DNA from: Naegleria gruberi
Taxonomy: Eukaryota
Length of the DNA stretch: 64,000 nt
Assembly (NCBI GenBank): GCA_000004985.1
Contig: GG738856.1
Strand: one strand, 5' to 3'
Positions 10,549 through 21,717 of the stretch are shown piece by piece. The notes under the pieces were generated by a model, which saw nothing but the letters and a program-made list of their open reading frames with translations, was not told where the DNA came from and made no database searches. Within the stretch, counting starts at the first letter, position 1. Every line of letters begins with the position of its first letter. The translations under genes and the position numbers were made by a program.

Positions 10549-11739
10549 TCACCTAAATTTTTCAATGGCAAGAAATTCATAATTGTTATTATCTAGAAGC
10601 TTTCTCAATTCCACACTTATTGAAGGGTTATTTGAAATGGCCAAAAGCTTTAGCCATGTCATGTCTAGTATTGAAGTAACTCCCTGATCACCAACAGTGC
10701 AATAATTGACAAAAAGAGAGTGCAGTTTTTTCATTCTACTTATAAATTCAATTCCAATATCACCAATAGGATTGTGATTAATGCTGAGAATTTTCAATTT
10801 GGCAAGCTTACTCAATACTTTCGCTCCAGAAGGACCAAAATCATTACAATCAGCATGTAAGCATGTCAAGTTTTTCAATTGGCCAACAATTTGTGCTCCA
10901 GCATCCCCAATATTATTATAACTAACATCAAGAAAAGTCAAATTATAAAGTTTTTCCATAAATAATGATCCCTCAATACCAATATCATTGCTTCTAATGT
11001 CCAGTTTTGTTAAATTAGTCAATTTACCTATGAAACTCCTCCTTTACTCCAATCTTGTAGCCTAGAATATTCAAATCTGTCAAGTTTGTTAGCTGGCTCA
11101 AACATTGAGCTACCTCAGCACCAATATANNNNNNNNNNNNNNNNNNNNNNNNNNNNNNNNNNNNNNNNNNNNNNNNNNNNNNNNNNNNNNNNNNNNNNNN
11201 NNNNNNNNNNNNNNNNNNNNNNNNNNNNNNNNNNNNNNNNNNNNNNNNNNNNNNNNNNNNNNNNNNNNNNNNNNNNNNNNNNNNNNNNNNNNNNNNNNNN
11301 NNNNNNNNNNNNNNNNNNNNNNNNNNNNNNTCACCAAACGACTATTTACAATGTCCAACTCTTTTAATTGTTGCAAATCGCCAATCCTTCGGACGAGTGC
11401 CATATCATTAATTCCACTAAACGAAACTCTAACTAAATTAGGCATCATAATCATTGCCTCCAAAACATTCACATTTCCACTATTTAAATTTACACATGTA
11501 ATCCTCTCCAAAAATTGACTCTGTTTTAACAATTCGGCCCGTCCACCATCAAATTCCCTTTTAAAATCAAGCGATAATCGAATTGTTTGCTTGATAATTC
11601 TTTTCCATTGTTTGGAAATCAATACGCAATTTTTCAAAATAAAAAACGAGTCGAGATGAGTCAAAATTTCATAGCAAACATCATCAGGAAATTCGCAGCC
11701 GCCGCCGATGCGAGCAGGAAGTAGAAGGCTTTCAATCAT
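10549..11739 (-). CDS. F-box-like / LRR protein, interrupted by assembly gap 11129..11330
   Basis: The upstream ORF (11739..) starts with an F-box-like segment (DDVCYEILTHLDSFFILKNCVLISKQWKRII) followed by LRRs. The downstream ORF 10549..11022 is pure RNI-type LRR (LxxLDxSxNxIGDxG). The join lies in an N-run plus an unresolved junction at 11023..11109. Confidence 0.6.
11129..11330. other. assembly gap (N run)
   Basis: Contiguous N characters. Confidence 0.99.
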
Positions 11740-12778
11740 TTTTTTTAAAAAGTTACATGATTATTGAGCAAGTCAACCGAGTTCGTTTGGATTACAATTG
11801 ATTGAAAGAAGTGACTATCTAACATTAAGGTGTTTCTCAATTTCAGCAACTGTATTTGAGGGTTAAATCATTTCCCGCCAAAACCGCATAATAACCAAAA
11901 ATGACAAAAATTCCATTCATTCTCTCGCAACATCCATATTAATAACAATAATCAATAGAAGGCAACAACAAATTGTAAAGCATGCATTGTATAAAATATA
12001 CAACTTGTGATAGCAATATTGTAATGAAGAAAAATTGTCCTCAGATTCGCATAAGTTTCATCCTTTACCATACATGGATGTAAAAATACAAAAGAATCTC
12101 TAGAAATCCAAAAACTCAAGATATGTGATATCACATCAAAAAAAGCATATATTCAATGAACCTTTCCACTATGTGTCGGCGGTGTGAAAACCTTTCGAAA
12201 TTTGTTGTCATCCAATACACAGCCCAATACAGTTCATTTCTAATAGATGCCATCTTGCATGTTTCAATTATTGTAAGAAATTATTCGATTCACCTTGCAA
12301 ATTCTGAACCATTCGAATCTTAACTTTCTATATGTGTGCGCGCTAAAACATTGATTCACCATGAGCTCTCCCAAACACGTGTAGTAAGTCCTTGAACGTG
12401 ATTTGTCACACACAACCGACAATTTTTTCTTGCTTTCTTGTTCATCAGAGAACGTGAACAAAATTTTACTGTTTGTTGGTTGTGGGAAAAACGTGAAGAA
12501 AAAAAACCAAGTTTTTGACTCGTTGAAGATTTTTAAAGTCAACAACTGTTGGTTGTTTATTATTAATAGGGGAGCTTACGAAGGGGTTTACAAAGTGAAT
12601 TCACAACCAGCAATCACGTTTAACATCCAATTAATACCCTACCATTTGATTGTATCATTTTTCATTTCCTATTTTGTAGATTGCCTTACGAAGAGAACAA
12701 TTGCTTTACCAAATAAGTCTTGTAGGAACAAAACGCAAACAAATTTAAAAAAAAAACCGCAACAACACAAGCTGCTGT

Positions 12779-14149
12779 TTGAGCCACCCAAAACCTCCCA
12801 TCAAGCCACATCATCATCATCAGCTGCTTCAGCAAGAAACAGTAAAATTCGCCTCCAACACAATGATGATGATCACACAACAACAGCAACAACAACAACA
12901 ACCTTTCACTATTAATAACAATTATAACACAACTCCTAAAACAGTAGAAGAAGAAGCAATAAGAAGTAGAAGCAGAAGAAATATCGGTCAAATGTTGAAC
13001 AAGATAAAGAAGAGTCTATTCAAGAGATTTGGTACTCAGAGTCAAATCTATAATAACAACGACATTAACAATAATAATAATTCAACTTCAACAACTACAA
13101 TACGACATGTTGATAATACATGTAATGACAGAAGTTCGAGAATTTCATGGTCGTTGGTGATGGAAAATTCTCAAGCCGAATTCCTCTATCAAAATATCTT
13201 CTCGTGGCTTGATCATACAACGGTGATGAGACTTTCAATGGTAAATCGATACATGAGAGCAATTTGTGTAGAGTTTCATCCAGTGTGCTTTAGGATGGAA
13301 TGGTGGAATTTGACAGAATATAAAAAGACGAGTTGTGAATTCCCATTTGAAAAGGTGATTCGTGTACAGTTGGAAGGAGAACCAATGCTTGAATACATGC
13401 CAAGGATTAACTGGGAAAATGTTCAATCCTTGCGAATGAATGTTCACTATTATAAGAATGTCGACGAGTGTAGCAAGATTATTGGTCATGCCCTTGAAGA
13501 ATCCTCGCTGCTCCTGAGAGAATTAGTATTGAATGGAAAGCAACGTGAGATGAATGAGAGATTTACACTGACCAATGTACTGGACAAGGTTAATGTGAGA
13601 GGTTTGAAATTGGAGAGATTGACCACTAATCTTCCAGTAGATGTAAATAGACTCCTCCAATATGAAATGACCATCAATAAGATTATCATTGGAGAATACT
13701 TTTGTACAGACAGTCCTTCTGCTGCTTTCTCTATGAGTCAATCGACAAGTTCAGTTTGTTGTGGTTCAGCAACATCCTCTACAAGCATGATGAATGAAAT
13801 TGTACAATCTACTCCCACTGTAAATAGAACTAATCAATGCCTTATCAAAGTCTTTCGATGCAAAGTTACAGAGAAGAATCTGAAAGAATTTTGTGCATTA
13901 ATTGCCATGCCTCAATTCCAAACTCAAATTTTGGAAATTACACTCACACCAGCACTCATTGCTCCAGAAATTCTGTCCACACTCATTGATTTGTTTGTTG
14001 CCCACCTGAAACATGTAAAGAAAGTTGCCATTGCTAGTAGTCTTGATCCACTTTTACTCAAGAAGGTATTCGGATCCTTTCGAACAAATTCTAATACTTT
14101 TGAATTGGTTTTGGTTAAAAAACAAGACAAGCATCATAAAAAATGTTAA
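12779..14149 (+). CDS. polyQ / F-box-like hypothetical protein, member A of a 2-copy family in this window
   Basis: 456-aa ORF with a His/Gln-rich N-terminus and an F-box-like segment (FLYQNIFSWLDHTTVMRLSMVNRYMRAICVEF). A conserved block LRMNVHYYKNVDECSKIIGHALEES is shared with the 33989..35602 protein. The true start may lie upstream (overlapping ORF 12403..12915). Confidence 0.6.
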   Translation: MSHPKPPIKPHHHHQLLQQETVKFASNTMMMITQQQQQQQQPFTINNNYNTTPKTVEEEAIRSRSRRNIGQMLNKIKKSLFKRFGTQSQIYNNNDINNNNNSTSTTTIRHVDNTCNDRSSRISWSLVMENSQAEFLYQNIFSWLDHTTVMRLSMVNRYMRAICVEFHPVCFRMEWWNLTEYKKTSCEFPFEKVIRVQLEGEPMLEYMPRINWENVQSLRMNVHYYKNVDECSKIIGHALEESSLLLRELVLNGKQREMNERFTLTNVLDKVNVRGLKLERLTTNLPVDVNRLLQYEMTINKIIIGEYFCTDSPSAAFSMSQSTSSVCCGSATSSTSMMNEIVQSTPTVNRTNQCLIKVFRCKVTEKNLKEFCALIAMPQFQTQILEITLTPALIAPEILSTLIDLFVAHLKHVKKVAIASSLDPLLLKKVFGSFRTNSNTFELVLVKKQDKHHKKC

Positions 14150-14290
14150 ATTAATATTCAAAATTTATTCATTCTCATTATTGAAATTGATATCTTTTTA
14201 ATACTATTAAATACTACTTTACAATATTAAAAATTGAGCCCATTTTTGGTCATTTGCTAAACACATCCAAATTTAACACTTCAAAAAAAA

Positions 14291-14860
14291 ATGCTCGAAA
14301 GATACTTGAAATCCCTGCTGACAGGAAGCAAATTCAATCTACCAACAACCTTCTCTCAACTTTTCCGATCCCCTCATTTCGAAACCATGATGGGCATGGG
14401 TAATTTAGATTATGCTCATCCGGAGGTGAAACGAATTCTTCGTCATCACTCTCACGATCCAAAGACTTTCTTTGTATTCGAGCCTCCAATCGATGTCAGA
14501 GAACACGAGAAGAAATTCATCATTCATGCAGATGTTCCAGGCTTTCACAAGAATAATATTTCAGTGACGGTCACTGATGAAGAAAGAGGAGAAATTTGTA
14601 TTAAGGGAAATTTAGTAGATTTAGAGGAAAAACAAATGAAAGAGGAGGAACAAGTTTTTGGAAAGTATCTCATACAGGAAAGAGTTTTAGTTCCAGAATT
14701 TGAAAGGAAAGTAGTCTTGCATAATCCATCAGAAATTGATTGGGATAATATTAATGCTTCCATTGCTCATGGTCAACTCAATATTGATATTCCAAAGAAG
14801 GATGTTCCTTCCAAACCACCAAAGGAATCAAAAATTATTCCAATCTCTGAAGAACCTTAA
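14291..14860 (+). CDS. small heat-shock protein (HSP20/alpha-crystallin domain)
   Basis: 189-aa ORF containing FIIHADVPGFHKNNISVTV ... AHGQLNIDIPKK, the characteristic alpha-crystallin domain signature. Unspliced. Confidence 0.85.
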   Translation: MLERYLKSLLTGSKFNLPTTFSQLFRSPHFETMMGMGNLDYAHPEVKRILRHHSHDPKTFFVFEPPIDVREHEKKFIIHADVPGFHKNNISVTVTDEERGEICIKGNLVDLEEKQMKEEEQVFGKYLIQERVLVPEFERKVVLHNPSEIDWDNINASIAHGQLNIDIPKKDVPSKPPKESKIIPISEEP

Positions 14861-15311
14861 TTAAAAGTATGTGTAAATATATTTAAGAAACTTTGTTTGA
14901 TAGGTAACATAATAGGTTTGTGAAGTTGGCTGAACCAAGTTCATTGTTCTCTCATTTTTCATCTTTGAAAAAAACGAACTAAAATTTATTGTGGTTTTTT
15001 GTTGTTTAATATTGGATAGTGGACAACGAATTTTGATTTTCCTTGTAATTGTTGTGTTTGATTGGAAAACAAAAACGATAATAGGAGTTAATAGCGCACC
15101 TGTGTTGGATTTTTTGGTGCTTTTGATTCTTCTGTGATCATATTCGGATAAGAGGAAAATTATCATCATCAATTATTTAATTTAATTTATTATTATTAAA
15201 ATCTTAGAGTCGACTTGTAAAATTGTAGAATAACGACATTATCAAACACCTGTACTACTAGTTTAATTTATTATTATTATTGTAAAATACCTTTAAAAAT
15301 CTTCACGAATA

Positions 15312-16470
15312 ATGGATCAATATTAGTAAGTACAAGACATGATGATTGTGGATTTAATCAATGATGCGGATATTCAAACAACAGTATCATTAAAATCTTG
15401 GGAAGAGGTTCTGAAGGTAAGTGGCTTGGTGAAATGTTCATGTCACTAATCAATCAATAGGACAAGTATTGTTAGCAGAACACAAGAAAACTCATGAAGA
15501 AGTTGCCATCAAGCGTATGGAATGGGCTTCTTTCGACGATGCTAACCTTCATTTAAACGAAGCTCAAAAGTTGCGAGATTTAAATCACAAGAATATTATG
15601 AAATACCTCAAGGTATTCTTGAACAAGTATAGTACAGACACTCACTTTGTTTGTCTGTGTATAGAGTACTGCCCTGGAGGAGATTTACAACAATTCATTT
15701 CGAGTACATGCAAGAAGGGAAAAATAGCAGAGAAGGATATTCTCAGCTATGCAGAACAAATAGCAGCAGGTCTTCAATATTTACACGAGCACAATATTAT
15801 TCACAGAGATTTGAAACCTCAGAATATTTTAATTGCTGCAGGTAGGTCACAAACATTTTCAATTGATTTTACAAATATTATAAGATGGTACACTTAAAAT
15901 TGGAGATTTTGGAATTAGTAGACAATTGGGAACTCAATCTATGGCCAATACTCAATGTGGTACTATTCAATATATGAGCTATGAAATGCTTAACATGGCA
16001 CCTTATGATCAAGCAACTGACATGTACTCATTTGGAGTGTAAGTTGATTTTAAAAAGCTCATATATTTTTCTAACTATTATGGTCAACCATTTCATTGGA
16101 TAGAATTCTTCTTCAAATGATTACTGGAAAGCAAATGATGATTCCTATGGAACTGAGAAAGAATCCAAACTTTCTCGTTGAATTGGAACATCAATGTGTC
16201 AAGACATTGGGCTACTCTCAGGAATTATTTGCCCTAGCCAAAAATTTAGTGAGCTATGATCCAAGAGAACGGCCAACGGCAGAGAAGGTTCTCAAATCCC
16301 TGACAAAAATCAGATCGAGCGACAAGCATGGAAATTTGAAATTGGTATTTAAGGATTTTAACCAATTATCTGACGTTTTAAAAATTAGAGTATTTTCCTT
16401 TTTACAAATTGAAGACATGTATCATGTAGGTCTATCATGTAGACAATATTATTGGTTATGGGAACAACAT
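15312..16470 (+). CDS. Ser/Thr protein kinase (NEK-like) with a C-terminal F-box motif; exons 15312..15325, 15385..15416, 15461..15841, 15885..16038, 16104..16470
   Basis: Hand-built model. MDQYY|IIKILGRGSEG|QVLLAEHKKTHEEVAIKRM has the Gly-loop and VAIK. HRDLKPQNILIAA|DGTLKIGDFG and DMYSFGV|ILLQMITG follow. The introns are 59, 44, 43 and 65 nt with GTAAGT or GTAGGT donors and YAG acceptors. The last exon continues in frame into LSDVLKIRVFSFLQIEDMYHVGLSCRQYYWLWEQH, an F-box consensus. This exon ends at a canonical GTAAGT donor (16471). Confidence 0.75.
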
Positions 16471-16606
16471 GTAAGTTTTTTTCAATTCCTAACCTCCTCA
16501 TCAATTCATATTTTTTTGCATGTATTCAATTCAATATTTCCTTTAACTTTTTACCAAATTGGTAATAACTTGAATGCATACAACATTTACATTCAATTTT
16601 ACATAG

Positions 16607-17810
16607 TGGTGGAGCCAATTTATGAATACCAAAGCAGGAGAGGAGATTTTAAAGAATTCTTCCTCAATCTATTCCAAACCAACTCCAAGAAAACGAGCTG
16701 GGAGCGCCAACAATAATCACAGACCTGGTAGTGAGCTATCTCTAGAATCAATGACCACCAGTGCTGAGAAAGTTTCTTCTCCCCTATCCACATCACTCCC
16801 AACCACACAAACAGAAAAGAATATTTTCAAACAACAAGCATTCAACTATGTCAAAATCCAAAAACCTAAAAAGAGACGTGACATGAATAAGAGAGGTAAA
16901 AGTGTTGTCAGTGAAATACATCCATCACAAGTCCAAGAAGCAGCTACCTTCCTCATGAATTGTTTCAAATCTCCAAACTTTAACAAGTATTCCTCCACTA
17001 ACGATGCTGAAAATACAGCTCCAATTACATCTTCCAATTATGAATCAGGCCAAACATCCAAAACGTCCGAGCAAAGCAAACGAGACAGTGGCATTACTGC
17101 TGAAACCTCTACCACATCCACACTGATGGAAACTAACGAATTGCACCCACTCTTGAGTTACATTTTCAAAACTGGGATTATGGAAGATGTATCGGATGAA
17201 GCTCTTCTGTTCCTCTGTACCATGATCGTCAAGTACGGTATCAAATATGGTAGGATTTATGTCAGTACACACTATCCACTCAATAATGAATCAAAGGAGA
17301 TTCAAGCCATTTCCATATGGCAACATCCATTCAACTCAAAGGGAGTAGATTTGTGGAAATTAGTAAGACTGGGTATTGGGAAGGCTCCCAAAGCTCTGTA
17401 AGTATTTTTTTATGTAATGCTCATATTTGATTCATCATTATGATGATGGTTGTTGTTTGCTATTTAGTGGTTTCAAAGGTCTATATCGAGTCAACAAGGC
17501 TGCCAAAGCATTAGAAATGGTACATGGTAAGCTTCTTCCCCAAAACGATAAACCACATTGGACTCTTCTAAGTTTGGTTGTCAAACCAGAATTGAGACGC
17601 AGGGGCCTTGGCTCTGAAGTTATTCTACCAATCATTAGATTATCAGATGAAGCAACACTCCCCATCTATACATTTGTTTATCACTACGAGTCCAAAACAA
17701 AAGAAAATAAGCTCATCAATTTCCTTAAAAGGCAAGGTTTTGATGTTCGTGAAAACATTGCTCCAGCAAACGGCCCTCCTTTTACAGTTCTGATAAGGTA
17801 TGGCAATTAA
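16607..17810 (+). CDS. S/T-rich linker plus GNAT-family N-acetyltransferase-like domain (exons 16607..17397 and 17468..17810), probably the 3' part of the kinase/F-box gene
   Basis: Acceptor ACATAG|TGG at 16606 is in phase with the donor at 16470 (136-nt intron). A 70-nt GTAAGT..TATTTAG intron joins the two ORFs. The C-terminal HWTLLSLVVKPELRRRGLGSEVIL resembles GNAT acetyl-CoA-binding motif A (R/Q-x-x-G-x-G/A). Alternatively it is a separate gene starting at ATG 16622. Confidence 0.55.
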
Positions 17811-18340
17811 TAAAACAAAATTGTCAAATTCCATCTCAAGAGCATGAATTGACAAACATAGAACAGCTCAACAGGAAATTAGCACTGCTTAAAATCCACT
17901 ACCACCATTTTGAGTGCTGTAAATTGTTTGAACATTTTTGAACTCAGTTGTGGCCTCAAATTGTCAGATTCATTTCCTCGCAAAATATTGTGCATATTAT
18001 TAAGATGCATAACTCTAACACCTCAGCTTGTCTATTAATAATTATTTCACTGGATTGATCAACAATACGCAATATATTCAAAATGGTCTTGATAAAGTGG
18101 AAGCTCTTCTCCACACGCATGATCAAAAAGGTTTTCCCTTATTCATGCTCGATTTGTGGGATCCTCACACTTAATAAAACCACCAGAAAAAAAACCCAAT
18201 CACAGCCACCATCATCCTCTCTCTCCGTTTTTCCTTAAAAAATTACCGCAAAGAAGAGTTTGATTTTTCCAATTTACACCACCAACAAGCCTCATTATCC
18301 TCCTCTTCAATTATAATAATCTAAATACAACAACAACATC

Positions 18341-18745
18341 ATGCCTAATAATAATAGTATATCGAACGTACCAATCTTGGACTCACAATTAGTCAGTAAG
18401 GTAAAGCTGGAATTGAAAATGAAGGAGGAAACAATTAAGGAATTAAGAAATCAATTGAAATATTATCAGGAAACACAATGTTCTGCCTGTTTAGCCAATA
18501 GATCCTATCACGCCCCTCCTTCGGATGATGAGCATGACGAAGATGAACATGATCAACATCATTTGGAGAATTATACAATTACTAAAACAACCACGGAACC
18601 AGGGGTTGTCTATAACACTGAAGCACACAATATGGGTCTTAAGAACGATTGGCTTGCACCAGCAACAACAGGAAGAAGACAATCCATACAATTGAATAAC
18701 ATATATGAAAGTGAAATTCAAGATTTAATTGCAAAGAAGAAATAG
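18341..18745 (+). CDS. hypothetical coiled-coil protein
   Basis: 134-aa ORF with a heptad-like N-terminus (KVKLELKMKEETIKELRNQLKYYQE) and an acidic/His patch. No domain identified. Confidence 0.3.
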   Translation: MPNNNSISNVPILDSQLVSKVKLELKMKEETIKELRNQLKYYQETQCSACLANRSYHAPPSDDEHDEDEHDQHHLENYTITKTTTEPGVVYNTEAHNMGLKNDWLAPATTGRRQSIQLNNIYESEIQDLIAKKK

Positions 18746-18994
18746 TAGTAATTAGCTGCCTCCATAGATTGGAAGAAATAACACACTATTGTGTTGCGCA
18801 CATTGAACATAATGACCATTAGTCTTATGGATCATCCTTAATAAATATTTAACCACCAACGCCAGGAATTTTCTACGTTACCGTAAATCTTTAGCCAGAT
18901 TGGAAATCTTGACCAAATCCTCATATCCATTCATAACAAACCATTCCTTATCCAGAGTGAAAAATTAGAGAACAAATGGATAAATGGAAATTTT

Positions 18995-21541
18995 TTATTG
19001 GTAGGTTGGTTGGGTGTAAAGTTGAATCAATTGTGCTTTGAGAGGATGATTGTGTGGATCGTGGGCAATGTGGAATAAAATGTGGTGGAATTGAGGGAGA
19101 TTTCTTGGGATTAACTTTAAAATATTGGAAAGGATTGGGTACAGGATATCAGGAGTCAATGTGTGATAATATGACATAAAGAAAGGAATAAATTGTTGGA
19201 TGAGAGTTTGATACCACATATTGAGTTGTACCATTTGCTGTTGTTGATATTTAGGAGAGAGTATGGTAATAGCTCTATTGAGCAAGGCGTTGAGGAATTC
19301 AATGGAGGAAGGTGGACTTCTCATTAATTGTACCAACACTAGTGTAATTGTACCAATATTGACTATCGAATTCAAGCTCTTAATCATGGATTCTACAAGT
19401 TGAGGATTGGTGGAATGTTCAGCAATCAAAATTGGAATCATATCAAGGAGCAACTTGGTATTGAAAGGTTGTGGAAGAATATTGAGACACTTGCAAATAA
19501 ATTTCTTTCCTTTTGGAATATTCCAAATTTCTTGGTGATATAAAAGATAGGAAGCAACAGTTTGACAATTAACATAAGAAGATTCAGCAACTTTTGGAGA
19601 AATTTCCTTAGAATGTTGAGCAACAGTTTGGAATTCTTCAATTTCAATCAAAAGAGTCAAACCATTCTCAATGCATGTTCTCAATTGAATTGGATTGTTA
19701 TAGACAAGTCTAGTACGTAACTCTGATGGTATTCTCTTATGTTTGTAATATTGGTCGACAACTTCATCACGGAATACATTAGTATCAAAGCATGTTCTTG
19801 GAGTTCTGACATTTTGAGATGGAATTCTACCAAATAATCTAGCAGGTGGTGTTGTTGTTGTTGTGGTGGTTGTAGAAGTATTATTGGTTCCTTGTTGTTG
19901 ATTAGATGTGGCTGTTTGTCTGGCATTTTCTCTTTCTTCCTCTTCTTCAGTTAGATGCTTGCTAAGAAGGTCAATAGTTTGTTCAGTATTGTTATTTTTC
20001 ACAAAGTAATAATAATCATCAGAGTATCCATTGTGTACTTGTAAATCTACCATTTGTTGACGAATAATAGTTTCCACTTCATCAATTCTCATAAATTGGA
20101 TAATTCTATGTGGTTTTTCATTGTTATTATTATTGTTGTTGTGAGATCTATTATTATTGTTAAATCTGTGGAACTTGTTTCTTTGATCTTGAGGTGTTGG
20201 AATCTTGTTCAAAACTTCATTAACTACAACCTTGTTAATAACATTGTAACAGTCAGTCTTATCTTCAGTATTATAAGTATTATATTTAACCATCAAATAG
20301 GAAGGTGTAGAAGTTTGTTGATTTGTTGTTGTTCCTCCTGATGTAGTATTGTTGGTAGTACTTGTTGTTGTTGGTGCTTGTTGCTTTTCTCCCTTTACTA
20401 ATTCGGGATGTTTGTGAGCAACAGTAGTTGGTAAAAATTCGAGAGGTTCCAAACCACCAGAGATTGGAATTCTTGAATTTGCTGCAATAGTAGCACTAAC
20501 TTCAGTATTGGTAAATCCAAAAGGTGAATTGGCACCACTTGATAATTGATGAGTACTAGATCTACCACTTCCACTGCTCTTATCATCTTCATCTTCCTCA
20601 GAAATCAAGTCTGTGATATAGTGAAGTCCTGTACTTTGTTTTGTAGAAGAACCAGAAGTTGTGTGGTGATGAGTGCCTACAGTTGATACACCTCCTGATG
20701 AACCACTACCGGAACCAGCAAAGAATGAACCAAGGAAGGCATCATCATTTTGATTATCATTAGCAGTACCCCACAAGGAAGCACTTCCATTATTACTTCC
20801 TTGACGAATGTGTTGTCCTCCACCAATAATTGATGATTGTGTAGCACCACTATTTGGACTGGCTCCCAAAATATTAGAAAGGAATGAACCAGAAGGTGAT
20901 GTAGCGGAAGGAGAACCTAACAAGATATTTGTTGCTCTTGGTGAAGAAATAACTGGTTGATGTGTAAAACTTCCAAAACTACCACTATTATTACTACCAA
21001 AACTACCAAAAGAACCAGTGTTTGTATGGTGATGAGAAGGTGTTCCACCAGGAATATAATTTGATGGTGAAGATGGTGAATGTCCAATAGGAATACCAAA
21101 ACCGCTACCAGTGCTACTTCCACTTGTATTTAAAGAAGAGTGAGCATTGTGAAAACCAGCAGCACTTCCTCCTGGAGAGCTAGTAGAGCCAAACAAGGAA
21201 TGTTGTTGTTGAGAATGTTGATAGTGGTGTTGTTGTGAATGTTGTGGGAGGCTTGATGTTGTATGGCTGGAAAAAGCCTTCTTTCCATTCCAATCATCAT
21301 CCACAGAATAGTATGGACGGGATCCACGAACAAGATCAGAAGCATCATTGTTAGAAATAAAAAAGCCTCCATCATCACCTTCATCACCAAAAGTTTCATC
21401 ATTTTTATCATCATCATACTCATTAACGGATAGTTTTTTAGCGAGACGATTATCCAAGTCATCGAACGAACCCTGTCCTAAATCATCATTCAACAAGGAA
21501 GGGTTGAAAAAGTCATTATCATCCTCACTTGGCGAAGACAT
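18995..21541 (-). CDS. PAT1-like protein (mRNA decapping/decay factor homologue) with a long low-complexity middle region
   Basis: 848-aa ORF. The acidic N-terminus contains KNDETFGDEGDDGGF, the conserved Pat1 N-terminal DETFG motif. The central portion is S/G/N/Q/H-rich and low-complexity. The C-terminal roughly 300 aa are predicted helical (Pat1 C-domain-like). Unspliced. Confidence 0.65.
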   Translation of the reverse strand: MSSPSEDDNDFFNPSLLNDDLGQGSFDDLDNRLAKKLSVNEYDDDKNDETFGDEGDDGGFFISNNDASDLVRGSRPYYSVDDDWNGKKAFSSHTTSSLPQHSQQHHYQHSQQQHSLFGSTSSPGGSAAGFHNAHSSLNTSGSSTGSGFGIPIGHSPSSPSNYIPGGTPSHHHTNTGSFGSFGSNNSGSFGSFTHQPVISSPRATNILLGSPSATSPSGSFLSNILGASPNSGATQSSIIGGGQHIRQGSNNGSASLWGTANDNQNDDAFLGSFFAGSGSGSSGGVSTVGTHHHTTSGSSTKQSTGLHYITDLISEEDEDDKSSGSGRSSTHQLSSGANSPFGFTNTEVSATIAANSRIPISGGLEPLEFLPTTVAHKHPELVKGEKQQAPTTTSTTNNTTSGGTTTNQQTSTPSYLMVKYNTYNTEDKTDCYNVINKVVVNEVLNKIPTPQDQRNKFHRFNNNNRSHNNNNNNNEKPHRIIQFMRIDEVETIIRQQMVDLQVHNGYSDDYYYFVKNNNTEQTIDLLSKHLTEEEEERENARQTATSNQQQGTNNTSTTTTTTTTPPARLFGRIPSQNVRTPRTCFDTNVFRDEVVDQYYKHKRIPSELRTRLVYNNPIQLRTCIENGLTLLIEIEEFQTVAQHSKEISPKVAESSYVNCQTVASYLLYHQEIWNIPKGKKFICKCLNILPQPFNTKLLLDMIPILIAEHSTNPQLVESMIKSLNSIVNIGTITLVLVQLMRSPPSSIEFLNALLNRAITILSPKYQQQQMVQLNMWYQTLIQQFIPFFMSYYHTLTPDILYPILSNILKLIPRNLPQFHHILFHIAHDPHNHPLKAQLIQLYTQPTYQ

Positions 21542-21717
21542 TTTTTTTAAATAATATTAAAAATTTTAAAATATTTTTAAATTCCTGATGATAATTCTTA
21601 TTTGGATTTTTAACAGTTGTTGTTGTTTGCTTTGGAACTTGAGCAGAATGTGAGAGTCGCATTTTGTAAATGAAGCTAGTCCATAGGATTGAATAATTAA
21701 TGAAAATAAATAATTAT

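Noticed and set aside
19438-21462. Several 60-110-aa ORFs (both strands) inside the PAT1-like gene
   Set aside because: They are alternative-frame translations of the low-complexity Q/N/H-rich region of the 848-aa ORF.
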